Of a stretch of 41,483 nt of DNA, positions 1-8,684 are shown in pieces. Position 1 is the stretch's first letter, and each line of letters opens with the position of its first letter. The translations under genes and the position numbers were made by a program. Source of the stretch: a virus (lineage: Duplodnaviria > Caudoviricetes); IMG/VR virus record IMGVR_UViG_3300042972_000032, positions 1 through 41,483 of that record, one strand, 5' to 3'. The notes beneath the pieces were generated by a model. The model was not told where the DNA came from. It ran no database searches and was given only the letters and a program-made list of their open reading frames with translations.

Positions 1-1257
1 ATGGCTAGGGACAGGCGAAGGACGCAGGGCAGCGGCGGCATATACACCCGCCCCAACGGCATGACCGTCTACGTGCTCGAACTGCCCAAAGATCCGGTGA
101 CCGGAAAGCGAATCCGGAAATCCTATGCCAGCAAGGACCCGCAGAAGGCCAAGCAGAAGTGGCTCGACGCCCGCGACAAGTACATCCGCACCGGCGTCCT
201 CAAGTCCGACAGCACACCGTATCTCAAGGACTGGCTCGGGCGATGGCTCGAGGAATACAAGGCACCGCACGTCAAGCCGCGCGTGCTGGAGACCTACCGC
301 AGCGATGTGAAGCTGATCTGCGCGAGCATTGGAGCCGTGCGGATAGGCGACCTCACCGTGCGGCACGTCGCCAAGCTCGAGAAGGACATCACCGCAGGCC
401 ATAGCAGCAAGACCGCGCTCAACGCCTACAGGCGATTGAAGAACGCCTTGGCCGACGCGGTGGGCGCCGACCTGATAGACCGCAACATCTGCGATAGGGC
501 CGACCCGCCGCGAGTCACCGCGAACCCCACGGCCATACTCGAAACCGGCCAGCCCGGAAGACTTATCGAATCGGCCGGCGCGAAGCCCGACGCCGCGAAG
601 CCGCAGCGCGGGCGGCATCCGTTCCCCGACTCGGACGACGACCGCGCGATGTGGCGTCTCATGTGGCGTCTCGCCTTCGAGACCGGCATGCGACAGGGGG
701 AGCGCTTCGCCCTGACTCCCGCCGACCTCGTGACCGTGGATGGCACGCCCACCATCCATGTGCGCCACGAATTGCAGCGGTACCGCAAGGGCGCGGATAT
801 TCCGTCATGGCTCAACGCCACGCGGATAGGCGACAGCGGCGTATGGATGGTGCCCCCGAAGACGGAGCGCGGACAGCGCCTCGTGCCCGTCAGCAAGACA
901 CTATGGGACGATCTGTGGGCGTGGGGGAGCGGCCATGACGTCGCGTCTGGCGGGCTGCTGTTCACGCGCAAGGGCGGGCCGCTCACGAACCCCGTGGAGC
1001 GCCGCAGGTGGATAATGGCGCTCGACGCGGCCGGACTGCCCTACGTGACCATCCGCAGCGCGCGGCACTACTTCGCCACGCAGCTCGCCATCGCCGGAGC
1101 CAGCGAGGACGCCCGCAAAAGCATCATGGGCCACGCCGAGATCAGCACCACGGCGGGGTACACGCATTGGTCACCCAAGGCGCTCGCCGAATTGACCGGC
1201 AAGACCGCGCTCGCCATCGAAGACGGCAAGGCGTCAGGTGCGGAAGAAGGCGATTAA
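1..1257 (+). CDS. int: Tyrosine recombinase (phage integrase)
   Basis: N-terminal arm-binding-like region; catalytic motifs TGMRQGE, PKT, RSARH (HxxR position), MGH, GYTH. Confidence 0.95.
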   Translation: MARDRRRTQGSGGIYTRPNGMTVYVLELPKDPVTGKRIRKSYASKDPQKAKQKWLDARDKYIRTGVLKSDSTPYLKDWLGRWLEEYKAPHVKPRVLETYRSDVKLICASIGAVRIGDLTVRHVAKLEKDITAGHSSKTALNAYRRLKNALADAVGADLIDRNICDRADPPRVTANPTAILETGQPGRLIESAGAKPDAAKPQRGRHPFPDSDDDRAMWRLMWRLAFETGMRQGERFALTPADLVTVDGTPTIHVRHELQRYRKGADIPSWLNATRIGDSGVWMVPPKTERGQRLVPVSKTLWDDLWAWGSGHDVASGGLLFTRKGGPLTNPVERRRWIMALDAAGLPYVTIRSARHYFATQLAIAGASEDARKSIMGHAEISTTAGYTHWSPKALAELTGKTALAIEDGKASGAEEGD

Positions 1258-1282
1258 ATACCGTCGAATTCGACTATATTTA
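1255..1282. terminator. Imperfect 28-bp palindrome between convergent genes (bidirectional terminator or protein-binding site)
   Basis: TAAATA-CC-GTCGAA/TTCGAC-TA-TATTTA between the int stop and the lipoprotein stop. Confidence 0.4.
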
Positions 1283-1291
1283 GTGGTCGCA

Positions 1292-2107
1292 TCACTGCTT
1301 TATCCACGTTCCGCATGATCTCGATGTGAATGAACTCGCGGTCGATGGAATCTGCACTGTGACACTCGGTGCCCCGACGATGAAATCGTTTTGCATGGTC
1401 GCACCGTTTGCGTCGCGCAGCTCCCAATAGCAATCGCTGACTTTCTCCGTCGATGTCTTCCATGTACCCGGTTTCATCTCAGTGCCTATGGCGTAAGTCC
1501 CATCATCCAGAACCTCTCCAGCCGCCCTTTTTGCGCTTAGTTCACTATTCGCTCCGATGGCCGCTTCGGCGTTCGCTTTGATTTTTTGCGCCTCCGAATG
1601 GCCTGGGCAGATTGTCAGCGCGGCCAACGCTTCCTTTGCCTGAGACTCGTTTACGAGTGGATTGTCGTTCGACGACTCAACCGAGCTCCCGCGATTATCG
1701 ACTGGGTATCCGATGGTTGTGGCACAGATTCCATACAGCGTACCTATGGAAGAGCCTTCGGTGTAACCGGCCTCCTGCACGGCCTTTCGATCAATGGCAT
1801 TGAGGTCGCCGGACTCGTATCTGCCTTCGCAGTTCGTCAGCCCGCCAAACTGCCTTACTGCATCGATCGACCGATAGTCAACGTACTCGTCGTTTCCCGA
1901 TTTATCCTTGAGCCTATTGCCCTGCTTGTCGTACGTGGCGCAGGTGTAGGAGATTTCAAGCGGACGTTCCGTTGGGGTTGCCGTCGCAGACGTTGCATCA
2001 GCCCCTTCTGGAGCGTCCGAAGATGGGCTTGCATTCCAAGACAACCCGCATCCAGCCAATCCCATCAATGCGATAGCGCTCAGCAGCGCCGCTAATTTCC
2101 TTCTCAT
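1292..2107 (-). CDS. Lipoprotein, candidate superinfection-exclusion or host-surface protein
   Basis: Signal peptide with lipobox LAGC (Cys20); C-terminal DGTY..GT...PGTW.T....CYWE...F.S..CG.W domain typical of actinobacterial exported proteins; sits in the lysogeny module. Confidence 0.8.
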   Translation of the reverse strand: MRRKLAALLSAIALMGLAGCGLSWNASPSSDAPEGADATSATATPTERPLEISYTCATYDKQGNRLKDKSGNDEYVDYRSIDAVRQFGGLTNCEGRYESGDLNAIDRKAVQEAGYTEGSSIGTLYGICATTIGYPVDNRGSSVESSNDNPLVNESQAKEALAALTICPGHSEAQKIKANAEAAIGANSELSAKRAAGEVLDDGTYAIGTEMKPGTWKTSTEKVSDCYWELRDANGATMQNDFIVGAPSVTVQIPSTASSFTSRSCGTWIKQ

Positions 2108-2151
2108 CTTTCCTCTTCTTCCTTAGTGTCAGCGTATATCGCATTCGCAGG

Positions 2152-2565
2152 TCACGAAAGCACGAGCCGCTGGAAGTCTGCGACGACCTGCCGTGTCACA
2201 TCCAGCTCGGCGGCGATGCGGAAGGCGTCGCCTTCATAGACGCGCTCCGCAAGCTCGTAGTCGGAGGCGGGAATGAGCAGCATTGCCGTCTCCCGCCTCG
2301 TGCGGTTCTCGGCGCGGGCATGGATGACCGGCTCGCACGCCGAGTCGTTGTGCGACCAATGCACCAGCTCATGAGCCAAGGCGCAGCGCTTCGACGTGTA
2401 ATCCATTCCCCTGTCAACGACGATAAGATTGCCGCTGGCATGATAGAAGCCCTCCAGTTCCCCAGGAAGGCTTCGACTGCACACGGCGACGCCCAGCGAA
2501 TCGGCATAGCGCCTCATGTCTCCGTAGGTCATCAGTGGGCCTATGGCGAGGTCATGCGCCTTCAT
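2152..2565 (-). CDS. ImmA/IrrE-family Zn metallopeptidase (anti-repressor protease)
   Basis: RCALAHELVH (HExxH) motif, downstream E, C-terminal IAAELDVT HTH-like end; overlaps the repressor stop. Confidence 0.9.
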   Translation of the reverse strand: MKAHDLAIGPLMTYGDMRRYADSLGVAVCSRSLPGELEGFYHASGNLIVVDRGMDYTSKRCALAHELVHWSHNDSACEPVIHARAENRTRRETAMLLIPASDYELAERVYEGDAFRIAAELDVTRQVVADFQRLVLS

Positions 2566-2944
2566 CCGGCATCCTCTCCGCCCTCTTGCCCTTGTCTGCG
2601 TTGTGCAGTGCCGCCAGCGCCATCGGGTTTAGCTGTGCATCCGCCAGTGCATCGGCCACGAGTTCATTCTCGGTCTTCGCACGACGCCTTGCATCGTCGT
2701 ATAGAGGTGCGTATCCTCGCGCCGATGCGATGAGCGACAGCGAGTCGGGGTATCCGAGCAGCGGGGCTATGGTGTCCAGCTCGGCTATGCTCCACGACGC
2801 CTTGTCATTCAGCCTGTCGCTCACATAGCTCTGCGCCTTGCGGCATATCGCTTTTGCGATATCCTTCTGGCTGATGTCCATATCGTCCATCTTGGCCTTT
2901 ATAAGCGCTGAGACGATTCTATTGGTGCTTTCTTTAGCGTTCAT
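2552..2944 (-). CDS. XRE-family HTH phage repressor (CI/ImmR-like)
   Basis: ISQKDIAKAICRKAQSYVSDRL HTH; C-terminal ALAA motif; ATG at 2944 preferred over the ORF-track start at 2995. Confidence 0.85.
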   Translation of the reverse strand: MNAKESTNRIVSALIKAKMDDMDISQKDIAKAICRKAQSYVSDRLNDKASWSIAELDTIAPLLGYPDSLSLIASARGYAPLYDDARRRAKTENELVADALADAQLNPMALAALHNADKGKRAERMPDEGA

Positions 2945-2951
2945 GCGATTC

Positions 2952-2957
2952 AGTATA
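2952..2957 (-). promoter_or_regulatory. -10 box (TATACT) of a probable leaderless repressor promoter
   Basis: TATACT on the minus strand 7 nt upstream of ATG 2944; no SD between them. Confidence 0.55.
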
Positions 2958-3076
2958 TCGTATATCTGATATTTCTTCGGCGTGTCGTGTTGCAAGTATC
3001 GTATATACGATATAAGCTAGCTTTAGTTTCCAAATAGGGGACGAAAGTATATCAACAGATATCGCATATACGATAT
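2955..3076. promoter_or_regulatory. Three 18-bp operators at 2955-2972, 2996-3013 and 3059-3076
   Basis: ATATCGTATATCTGATAT, GTATCGTATATACGATAT, ATATCGCATATACGATAT; 2997-3012 is a perfect palindrome; all lie between divergent repressor and cro. Confidence 0.85.
2990..3018 (+). promoter_or_regulatory. Early lytic promoter (PR-like)
   Basis: TTGCAA-17 bp-TAAGCT with the central operator filling the spacer. Confidence 0.65.
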
Positions 3077-3086
3077 GGAGGTGAGA

Positions 3087-3338
3087 ATGAATAGCAACTC
3101 GTTTATCACCAAGGCGATTCAAGTCAGGCTTCTGCGCCTCGGCAAGACGCAGAAGGAGATGGCCGTCGAGTCGGGATTAGCGCCATCGGCGCTCACCCGA
3201 TACACCACTGGAAAAACGGCTTGGAAGATAAGCACGCTCGACAGCATTGCGCACGCCCTCGGCTGGCAGAACGCATTCGATGTCATCAGGGCGGCACGCA
3301 ACGAAAAAGCTGCAAGCAGCCAGACCGTCGCGGCATGA
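3087..3338 (+). CDS. Cro-like XRE HTH regulator
   Basis: KTQKEMAVESGLAPSALTRY HTH; SD GGAGG before ATG 3087; divergent from the repressor. Confidence 0.85.
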   Translation: MNSNSFITKAIQVRLLRLGKTQKEMAVESGLAPSALTRYTTGKTAWKISTLDSIAHALGWQNAFDVIRAARNEKAASSQTVAA

Positions 3339-3387
3339 GAAAGCCCTCGCGGCAACGAGGGCAATCAATCAGATCAAAGGAAATGAA

Positions 3388-3612
3388 ATGACAGAAACAA
3401 GTATATCAAAGCTTGAAGCACTGCGGGATGAGGCCGACCGCGTGTGCATGCTGACCGGCCTGAAATTCACGGTGGACGAGGACAAGGGAAGGGCCGGGTG
3501 CTTCGCGCTCAAAAGCCTTTCCGGCGTCGTCCAGATGCCCCATACGTTCGACGGCATCAACGGGTATCTGGACGCGCTCTCCTACGCGCACCTCAAAGGA
3601 TGGCTGATATGA
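3388..3612 (+). CDS. Hypothetical early protein
   Basis: SD AAAGGA before ATG 3388; ATGA overlap with the next gene. Confidence 0.7.
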   Translation: MTETSISKLEALRDEADRVCMLTGLKFTVDEDKGRAGCFALKSLSGVVQMPHTFDGINGYLDALSYAHLKGWLI

Positions 3613-4016
3613 AGCGCATCAAAGCGGAAAGCGACATGACGCCAGCGGAATGGCTGGCGATCAGGAAGCGCGCGCGCATGACGCGCGCCATGCTCCACAG
3701 GTCCTACGGGTTCACGGAGGCCAAGCAGGAGGCATACGAGTCAGGCACCCGGAAGATAACGCCGGAGGACGCGGACTACATGCGCAAGGTCGGCGAGCTG
3801 TTCCCCGGCTTCAAATGGGGGGGGCGAGCGATGAAGAGAATGCTTAGGCGTCTGGCCGTCATGGCGCTCGCCGTCTCCCTCGCGGTCTGCTTCCTCATGC
3901 TGGTTGGCAGCAGCTACTACGAGACCCCGGTGCGCGACATCGTTCTGCTCGCCGCCTACTGCGCGAGCGGGGCCGAGCTGTTCCGCCTGCTCGTGGGGAG
4001 GCATTGGAATGACTAG
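3609..4016 (+). CDS. HTH-like protein fused in frame to a small membrane protein across a G8 tract (second start at 3831)
   Basis: XRE-like pattern (IRKRARMTRAML...YESGTRKI) followed by a hydrophobic MKRMLRRLAVMALAV segment. Confidence 0.6.
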   Translation: MKRIKAESDMTPAEWLAIRKRARMTRAMLHRSYGFTEAKQEAYESGTRKITPEDADYMRKVGELFPGFKWGGRAMKRMLRRLAVMALAVSLAVCFLMLVGSSYYETPVRDIVLLAAYCASGAELFRLLVGRHWND

Positions 4017-4227
4017 CGTACTCGCGGACGTGAAGCTGCTCGAATACTGGACGCCACGTCAGGCGGCGAGAGTGCTCAACATCCCCGAGCGGGAGGTGCG
4101 CCGCGCGATGGCCGACCGCAGCCTGCGCCGCTATTTCTTCGGCAGCTCGACCCAGAAGATCAACGCGGAAGAGGCCCGCGACTGGGCGCATTCAGCGCCA
4201 TCGAGGGAAGGCGGCGAATGGCTGTGA
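4009..4227 (+). CDS. Excisionase-like (HTH_17/MerR-type) DNA-binding protein
   Basis: YWTPRQAARVLNIPEREVRRAM pattern; small size; early-region position. Confidence 0.7.
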   Translation: MTSVLADVKLLEYWTPRQAARVLNIPEREVRRAMADRSLRRYFFGSSTQKINAEEARDWAHSAPSREGGEWL

Positions 4228-4346
4228 TCGAAGTCGAACAGCATCTCGCCCGCACTCTCGCGGCATCCCCTTATCCGCTCGCATGGTTCGAAGCCTACCC
4301 GAGCGTCATCTACAAGCTAATCAAACAACTACGAAAAGGAAACTGA
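4218..4346 (+). CDS. Small hypothetical protein (42 aa), not in the ORF track
   Basis: MAVIEVEQHLARTLAASPYPLAWFEAYPSVIYKLIKQLRKGN fills the gap between neighbours; purine-rich SD upstream. Confidence 0.6.
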   Translation: MAVIEVEQHLARTLAASPYPLAWFEAYPSVIYKLIKQLRKGN

Positions 4347-4347
4347 A

Positions 4348-5583
4348 ATGAAGATCATCGAATTGCAGGCGGAGAACGTGAAGCGGCTCAAGGCCGTGGA
4401 TATCACGCCGGACGAGCATCTGCAGATCATCGGCGGCAGGAACGCGCAGGGCAAGAGCAGCGTGCTCGATGCGGTAGCGCTCGCATTGACGGGCAAGGAT
4501 GCGAGGAAGTTGAATCCGCGTCCGTTGCGTGACGGCGAGAGGAAAGGGCGGGTGAGCCTGAATCTAGGCGAGTATGTCGTGACGCGCACGTTCACCGAGA
4601 ACGGTGGCGGCACGCTGAGCGTCTCCGCTGCTAACGGAGCGAAATTCACAAGCCCGCAGAAGCTGTTGGACGGCCTCATGGGGCGTCTCTCGTTCGACCC
4701 GCAGGAATTCATCGGACTGTCCGCCAAGGAGCAGTCCGAATCACTTCTTGGCCTCGTGCAGCTTCCCATAGATCTGGATGCGACGGACGCAGAGATAGCC
4801 CGCTTGGAGGGCGAGCGTCTCATCAAAGGCCGCGATCTGAAGACCAAGGGCGACTACGCACCCATCGATACCGACGCACCCGCCGAAGAGATGTCGGCCA
4901 CGGAGCTGCTGGACGCCATCCAGTCGGAGCGAGGCAGGAATCATGAGATTGCCGTTTCGAGATTGGAAGCGGAGGCGACCTCGCGGAGGATAGCCGGGAT
5001 CGTCAGTCAGATCGCAGCCTTGCAAGCCCAGCTCGCGGAAGCGCGGGACCTCGCAGACAAGCAGGACGAGATGATCAGGGGCCTTGGCGAGCCACATGCC
5101 ACCGATGATCTCGAAGCGAAGCTCGCGAACATTGAGAATTTGAACGCAAGAGTGCGGGCGAACCGCGATGCATCCGAGCATAACGCGCAGATCGACATGG
5201 CGAAGGGCGAATACGATGCGCTGAGTCAGCGCATCGAAGCGTTGCGCGAGTCGAAAAGCAAGGCGCTGTCCGAAGCGGAGTTCCCCATCGACGGCCTTGG
5301 CTTCGACGATTCGGGAGTCACCTATAACGGCGTTCCGTTTGCTCAGGCTTCCGGCATGGAGCAGCTGCGCGTCTCGCTGGCTATCGCCATGGCATCCAAC
5401 CCGACGCTGCGCGTCATCCGCATCAAGGACGGCTCGCTGCTGGATGACGAAGCGCTTGCTCTCGTGGCGAAGACCGCCGAGGACAACGACTATCAGGTGC
5501 TCATGGAGCGCGTGGGGGCCGGCGACCACGGTGCCATCATCATCGAGGACGGCATGGTGCTGGAAGCCGAGGCGAAGCAATGA
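4348..5583 (+). CDS. SMC/SbcC/RecN-like ABC ATPase with coiled coil
   Basis: Walker A GRNAQGKSS, central coiled coil, signature-like ASGMEQ, Walker B/D-loop VIRIKDGSLLD. Confidence 0.85.
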   Translation: MKIIELQAENVKRLKAVDITPDEHLQIIGGRNAQGKSSVLDAVALALTGKDARKLNPRPLRDGERKGRVSLNLGEYVVTRTFTENGGGTLSVSAANGAKFTSPQKLLDGLMGRLSFDPQEFIGLSAKEQSESLLGLVQLPIDLDATDAEIARLEGERLIKGRDLKTKGDYAPIDTDAPAEEMSATELLDAIQSERGRNHEIAVSRLEAEATSRRIAGIVSQIAALQAQLAEARDLADKQDEMIRGLGEPHATDDLEAKLANIENLNARVRANRDASEHNAQIDMAKGEYDALSQRIEALRESKSKALSEAEFPIDGLGFDDSGVTYNGVPFAQASGMEQLRVSLAIAMASNPTLRVIRIKDGSLLDDEALALVAKTAEDNDYQVLMERVGAGDHGAIIIEDGMVLEAEAKQ

Positions 5584-6530
5584 GCGCCATACTGCAAAGC
5601 AATGACCTGTTCGAGGTCCAACGCTTCCGTGGACGCACGGCTGCGGAGCGCGAATCGCAGTGGCTCGACCATCGAGGCAAGGGCGTCGGCGGCTCGGACA
5701 TGGGCACCATCATGGGGCTTAACAAGTATTCGACCCCCTACGAACTGTGGCTAGAGAAGACGGGGCGCAAACAGCACGAGGACATTTCGGGCCGCTGGCC
5801 GATCATCAAGGGCAATCTTCTCGAAAATGAATTGCGGCGCTGGTACCGGCGCAATCATCCCGGCCTGAAGGTCATCAGCGGCACGGACGTCAGCCTCACG
5901 TCAAGGAGGCATCCGCACATGATCGCCTCATTGGACGGCGTGATAGCGGGCGACCCGCGCGGCCTCGGCGTCCTCGAATGCAAGACGGCCTCCGCCTACC
6001 GCGCCTCCGACTGGCACGACGGCGACGGGAATCTCATAGCGCCGCCGTACTACATGGCGCAGGTCATGCACTACCTGGCCGTCACTGGCTTCGAATGGGG
6101 CGTGTTCGTGGCCGATATCGGCGAATCGTCGCCCGTCGAAGTGGAGTTCAAGCGCGACGAGGACGACATCGCCGCCGTCATCGAAGCGGCCGAGACGTTC
6201 TGGGGCTTCGTGGAGCGCGACGAGCCTCCGCGATTAATGGGCGGCGACGTGGACACGCTCTACCTGCAGGATGACGGCGACATCAGGCAGGTGGAGAGCG
6301 AAGAGCTTGAGGCGATGGCGTCCCAGTACGAGGAGATCGGCGACGTCATGGCGAATCTCAAGAGGCAGAAGGACGATCTGGCCGGGAAGATCAAGGCGCT
6401 CGTAGGCGAAAGCAAGGGCGTCATGTCCGGACAGTGGAAGGCCACCTACTCGCTCACCCACTACAAGCAATCAGTCAGGCAGGCGTACGACACCCGAGTG
6501 CTGCGCGTCACGAGAATCAAGGAGAAGTAA
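5580..6530 (+). CDS. YqaJ-like viral recombinase exonuclease
   Basis: GVGGSD, SLDG, LECKT, YMAQVMHY motifs. Confidence 0.92.
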   Translation: MSAILQSNDLFEVQRFRGRTAAERESQWLDHRGKGVGGSDMGTIMGLNKYSTPYELWLEKTGRKQHEDISGRWPIIKGNLLENELRRWYRRNHPGLKVISGTDVSLTSRRHPHMIASLDGVIAGDPRGLGVLECKTASAYRASDWHDGDGNLIAPPYYMAQVMHYLAVTGFEWGVFVADIGESSPVEVEFKRDEDDIAAVIEAAETFWGFVERDEPPRLMGGDVDTLYLQDDGDIRQVESEELEAMASQYEEIGDVMANLKRQKDDLAGKIKALVGESKGVMSGQWKATYSLTHYKQSVRQAYDTRVLRVTRIKEK

Positions 6531-6532
6531 TC

Positions 6533-7369
6533 ATGGGAAATCTGTCACAGGCCACGCAGGGCCAGCAGTTGCAGCGTCTCGACCCGAAGCGCAGCCTCAA
6601 GGCGGTGCTAGAGAAGAGCTGGCCGCGCATTCAGGCGGTCATGCCGCGCGAGATGAACGGCAACCGGCTCTACCAGATGTACGTGAGCACGATAAACCGC
6701 GAGCCGGAATTGGCGAACTGCTCGGTGGAAAGCGTGCTGAGCTGCTTTATGAAATGCACTTCGCTCGGACTGGAGCCGAGCAATGTGAACGGCCTCGGCA
6801 TGGCGTACCTGCTGCCCTACGGCAACAAGAACCACCAGACCGGGCAGAAGGACGCCACGCTGATAATCGGCTACAAGGGCATGATCGAGCTGGCCCGCAG
6901 GTCTGGCGAGATAAGGGACATCAGCGCCCGCGCCGTGCACGAGGGCGACGAGTTCTCGTACAGCTATGGGCTTGGAGAGGAATTGCGCCACGTCCCGTGC
7001 GACAAGCCCGGGCGTCTCACCTACGTGTACATGGTCGCCAACTTCAAGGACGGCGGGCACTACTTCAACGTCATGAGCCTCAAGGAGGTGGAGGCGGCGA
7101 GGAACCGCAGCAAGGCCGGGCAACGCGGGCCGTGGGTCACCGACTTCGAGGCGATGGCGAAGAAAACCGTGATACGCCGCTCGTTCCCGTTCCTCCCCGT
7201 GTCTGTCGCAGCGCAGAGCGCGGCGGTCTCCGACGAGACGACGCCCGACTATTCGGACGTTTTCAGGCCGGTCATCGACGACGAGCCGCAGGCCACCATC
7301 GAAGCAGCGGAGGAAGCGCCGGCAGAAGCCGCGACCGAGGCTACACGCGAGGAAGAGGCAAACCAATGA
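6533..7369 (+). CDS. recT: RecT single-strand annealing recombinase
   Basis: LGLEP, AYLLPY, IGYKGMIELARRSG, MAKKTVIRR motifs; directly follows YqaJ. Confidence 0.93.
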   Translation: MGNLSQATQGQQLQRLDPKRSLKAVLEKSWPRIQAVMPREMNGNRLYQMYVSTINREPELANCSVESVLSCFMKCTSLGLEPSNVNGLGMAYLLPYGNKNHQTGQKDATLIIGYKGMIELARRSGEIRDISARAVHEGDEFSYSYGLGEELRHVPCDKPGRLTYVYMVANFKDGGHYFNVMSLKEVEAARNRSKAGQRGPWVTDFEAMAKKTVIRRSFPFLPVSVAAQSAAVSDETTPDYSDVFRPVIDDEPQATIEAAEEAPAEAATEATREEEANQ

Positions 7370-7752
7370 GCGACGATTTCACAGTCATCACCAGCATCGA
7401 GGACGTGCGCAAGGGCGATATCGCGGTCATGAGAAGCGGCAACCGTTATGCAGTTCTGCGCACGGACAAGTCCACTATGCCGCTGCTGGTGAATTCAATC
7501 GAAGACGGAACCCATCGGTGGCTCTACAGATCGGAGTTCGACCATGCGGAGCGAGCGAAGCCGAAGGTTCCGACAGCTCCCGGCTTCTATCGGGACAAGG
7601 ACGGCGACATCTGGGGTGTCAGTGGCGTTGGCGCGAGAATGATCGAAGTCGCGGGGAAAACAGTAATCGCTGGAGGAACGACAAAAGCGCTCTCCGAAGT
7701 TCTTGCGCCCTATGCGCCCGTGCATTTCGAGCCGGGCGTGACCGCATGCTGA
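7366..7752 (+). CDS. Hypothetical protein
   Basis: ATGA-coupled start at 7366; PTAPGFYRDKDGDIW motif seen in phage hypotheticals. Confidence 0.7.
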   Translation: MSDDFTVITSIEDVRKGDIAVMRSGNRYAVLRTDKSTMPLLVNSIEDGTHRWLYRSEFDHAERAKPKVPTAPGFYRDKDGDIWGVSGVGARMIEVAGKTVIAGGTTKALSEVLAPYAPVHFEPGVTAC

Positions 7753-7904
7753 CCGGCCAGCTCATAACCCGATGGTGCAAGCACTGCCATCGCCCGGACA
7801 CGGGCGTGGACAGGTGCCCGCACGCCATCGACCCGCGCTACCCGTGCCCGTACGACCGCGAGCATAAACGGCGCATCGAACGAATCAAACATCTAGGAAA
7901 GTAG
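7746..7904 (+). CDS. Small Cys/His-rich protein
   Basis: CKHC...CPH...CP; overlaps the upstream stop. Confidence 0.55.
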   Translation: MLTGQLITRWCKHCHRPDTGVDRCPHAIDPRYPCPYDREHKRRIERIKHLGK

Positions 7905-7912
7905 GAAAAATC

Positions 7913-8467
7913 ATGGCAGGCGAGACGACTCTCACCATCGCGGGCAACCTCACGGCCGACCCCGAGGTGAGAAGCACGCAGAACGGCACGAACGTGGCTA
8001 ATTTCACCATCGCGAGCACCCCGCGCACGTTCAACCGGAACACGAACCAGTTCGAGGACGGGGCGGCATTGTTCATGCGGTGCGCCGCGTGGCGCGAACT
8101 GGCCGACCATGCGTCGGCGACGCTCCACAAGGGCATGCGAGTCATCGCGCAGGGACGATTGTCCCAGCGCTCGTATCAGGCGAACGACGGGACGAACCGC
8201 ACCGTGGTCGAAATGACCGTGGACGAGATCGGGCCGAGCCTGCGCTACGCGACCGCTCAGGTGACGCGCGTGCAGAACGGCAATGGCGCTCAGCGCTCGA
8301 ATGCCCCTCAGGCTTACAGCAGCGCACCTCAGAGCGCCGCATGGCAGCAGCCGCAATCCGCCGCACCCGCCGCGAACGGCGCTCAGAACGGCGCTCCCGC
8401 AGACCCGTGGGGTGGCAATTACAGCAATGACTTCGCGGGAGGCGGCAACGATGAGCCGGAATTCTGA
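7913..8467 (+). CDS. ssb: Single-stranded DNA-binding protein
   Basis: MAGETTLTIAGNLTADPE OB-fold start, VDEIGPSLRYA, acidic C-terminus DEPEF. Confidence 0.96.
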   Translation: MAGETTLTIAGNLTADPEVRSTQNGTNVANFTIASTPRTFNRNTNQFEDGAALFMRCAAWRELADHASATLHKGMRVIAQGRLSQRSYQANDGTNRTVVEMTVDEIGPSLRYATAQVTRVQNGNGAQRSNAPQAYSSAPQSAAWQQPQSAAPAANGAQNGAPADPWGGNYSNDFAGGGNDEPEF

Positions 8468-8684
8468 GAATCTGCCTAAGCATGACGTGACGTTCCGCGC
8501 GAAGCTGGGGCGCAGCGGCCATCAACTGCTGCTGTCAATCACCGAATCGTACGCGGTCGGGCCAATCGCCAATACGACGAAGACCTACCGGCTGTACCCG
8601 GAGGACGCGGTGAAGCTCGCCCGTCAGCTCGCCGAGTCCGTGCAGCGCATCGGCAATCCGGAGGCCGACGATGCGGACGAATAA
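8451..8684 (+). CDS. Hypothetical protein
   Basis: SD GGAGG before ATG 8451; in the coupled early operon. Confidence 0.6.
   Translation: MSRNSENLPKHDVTFRAKLGRSGHQLLLSITESYAVGPIANTTKTYRLYPEDAVKLARQLAESVQRIGNPEADDADE

Noticed and set aside
2945-3086. ORF-track starts at 2995 (repressor) and 3075 (cro)
   Set aside because: They run through operator or promoter DNA; ATG 2944 and ATG 3087 fit the -10 and SD positions better
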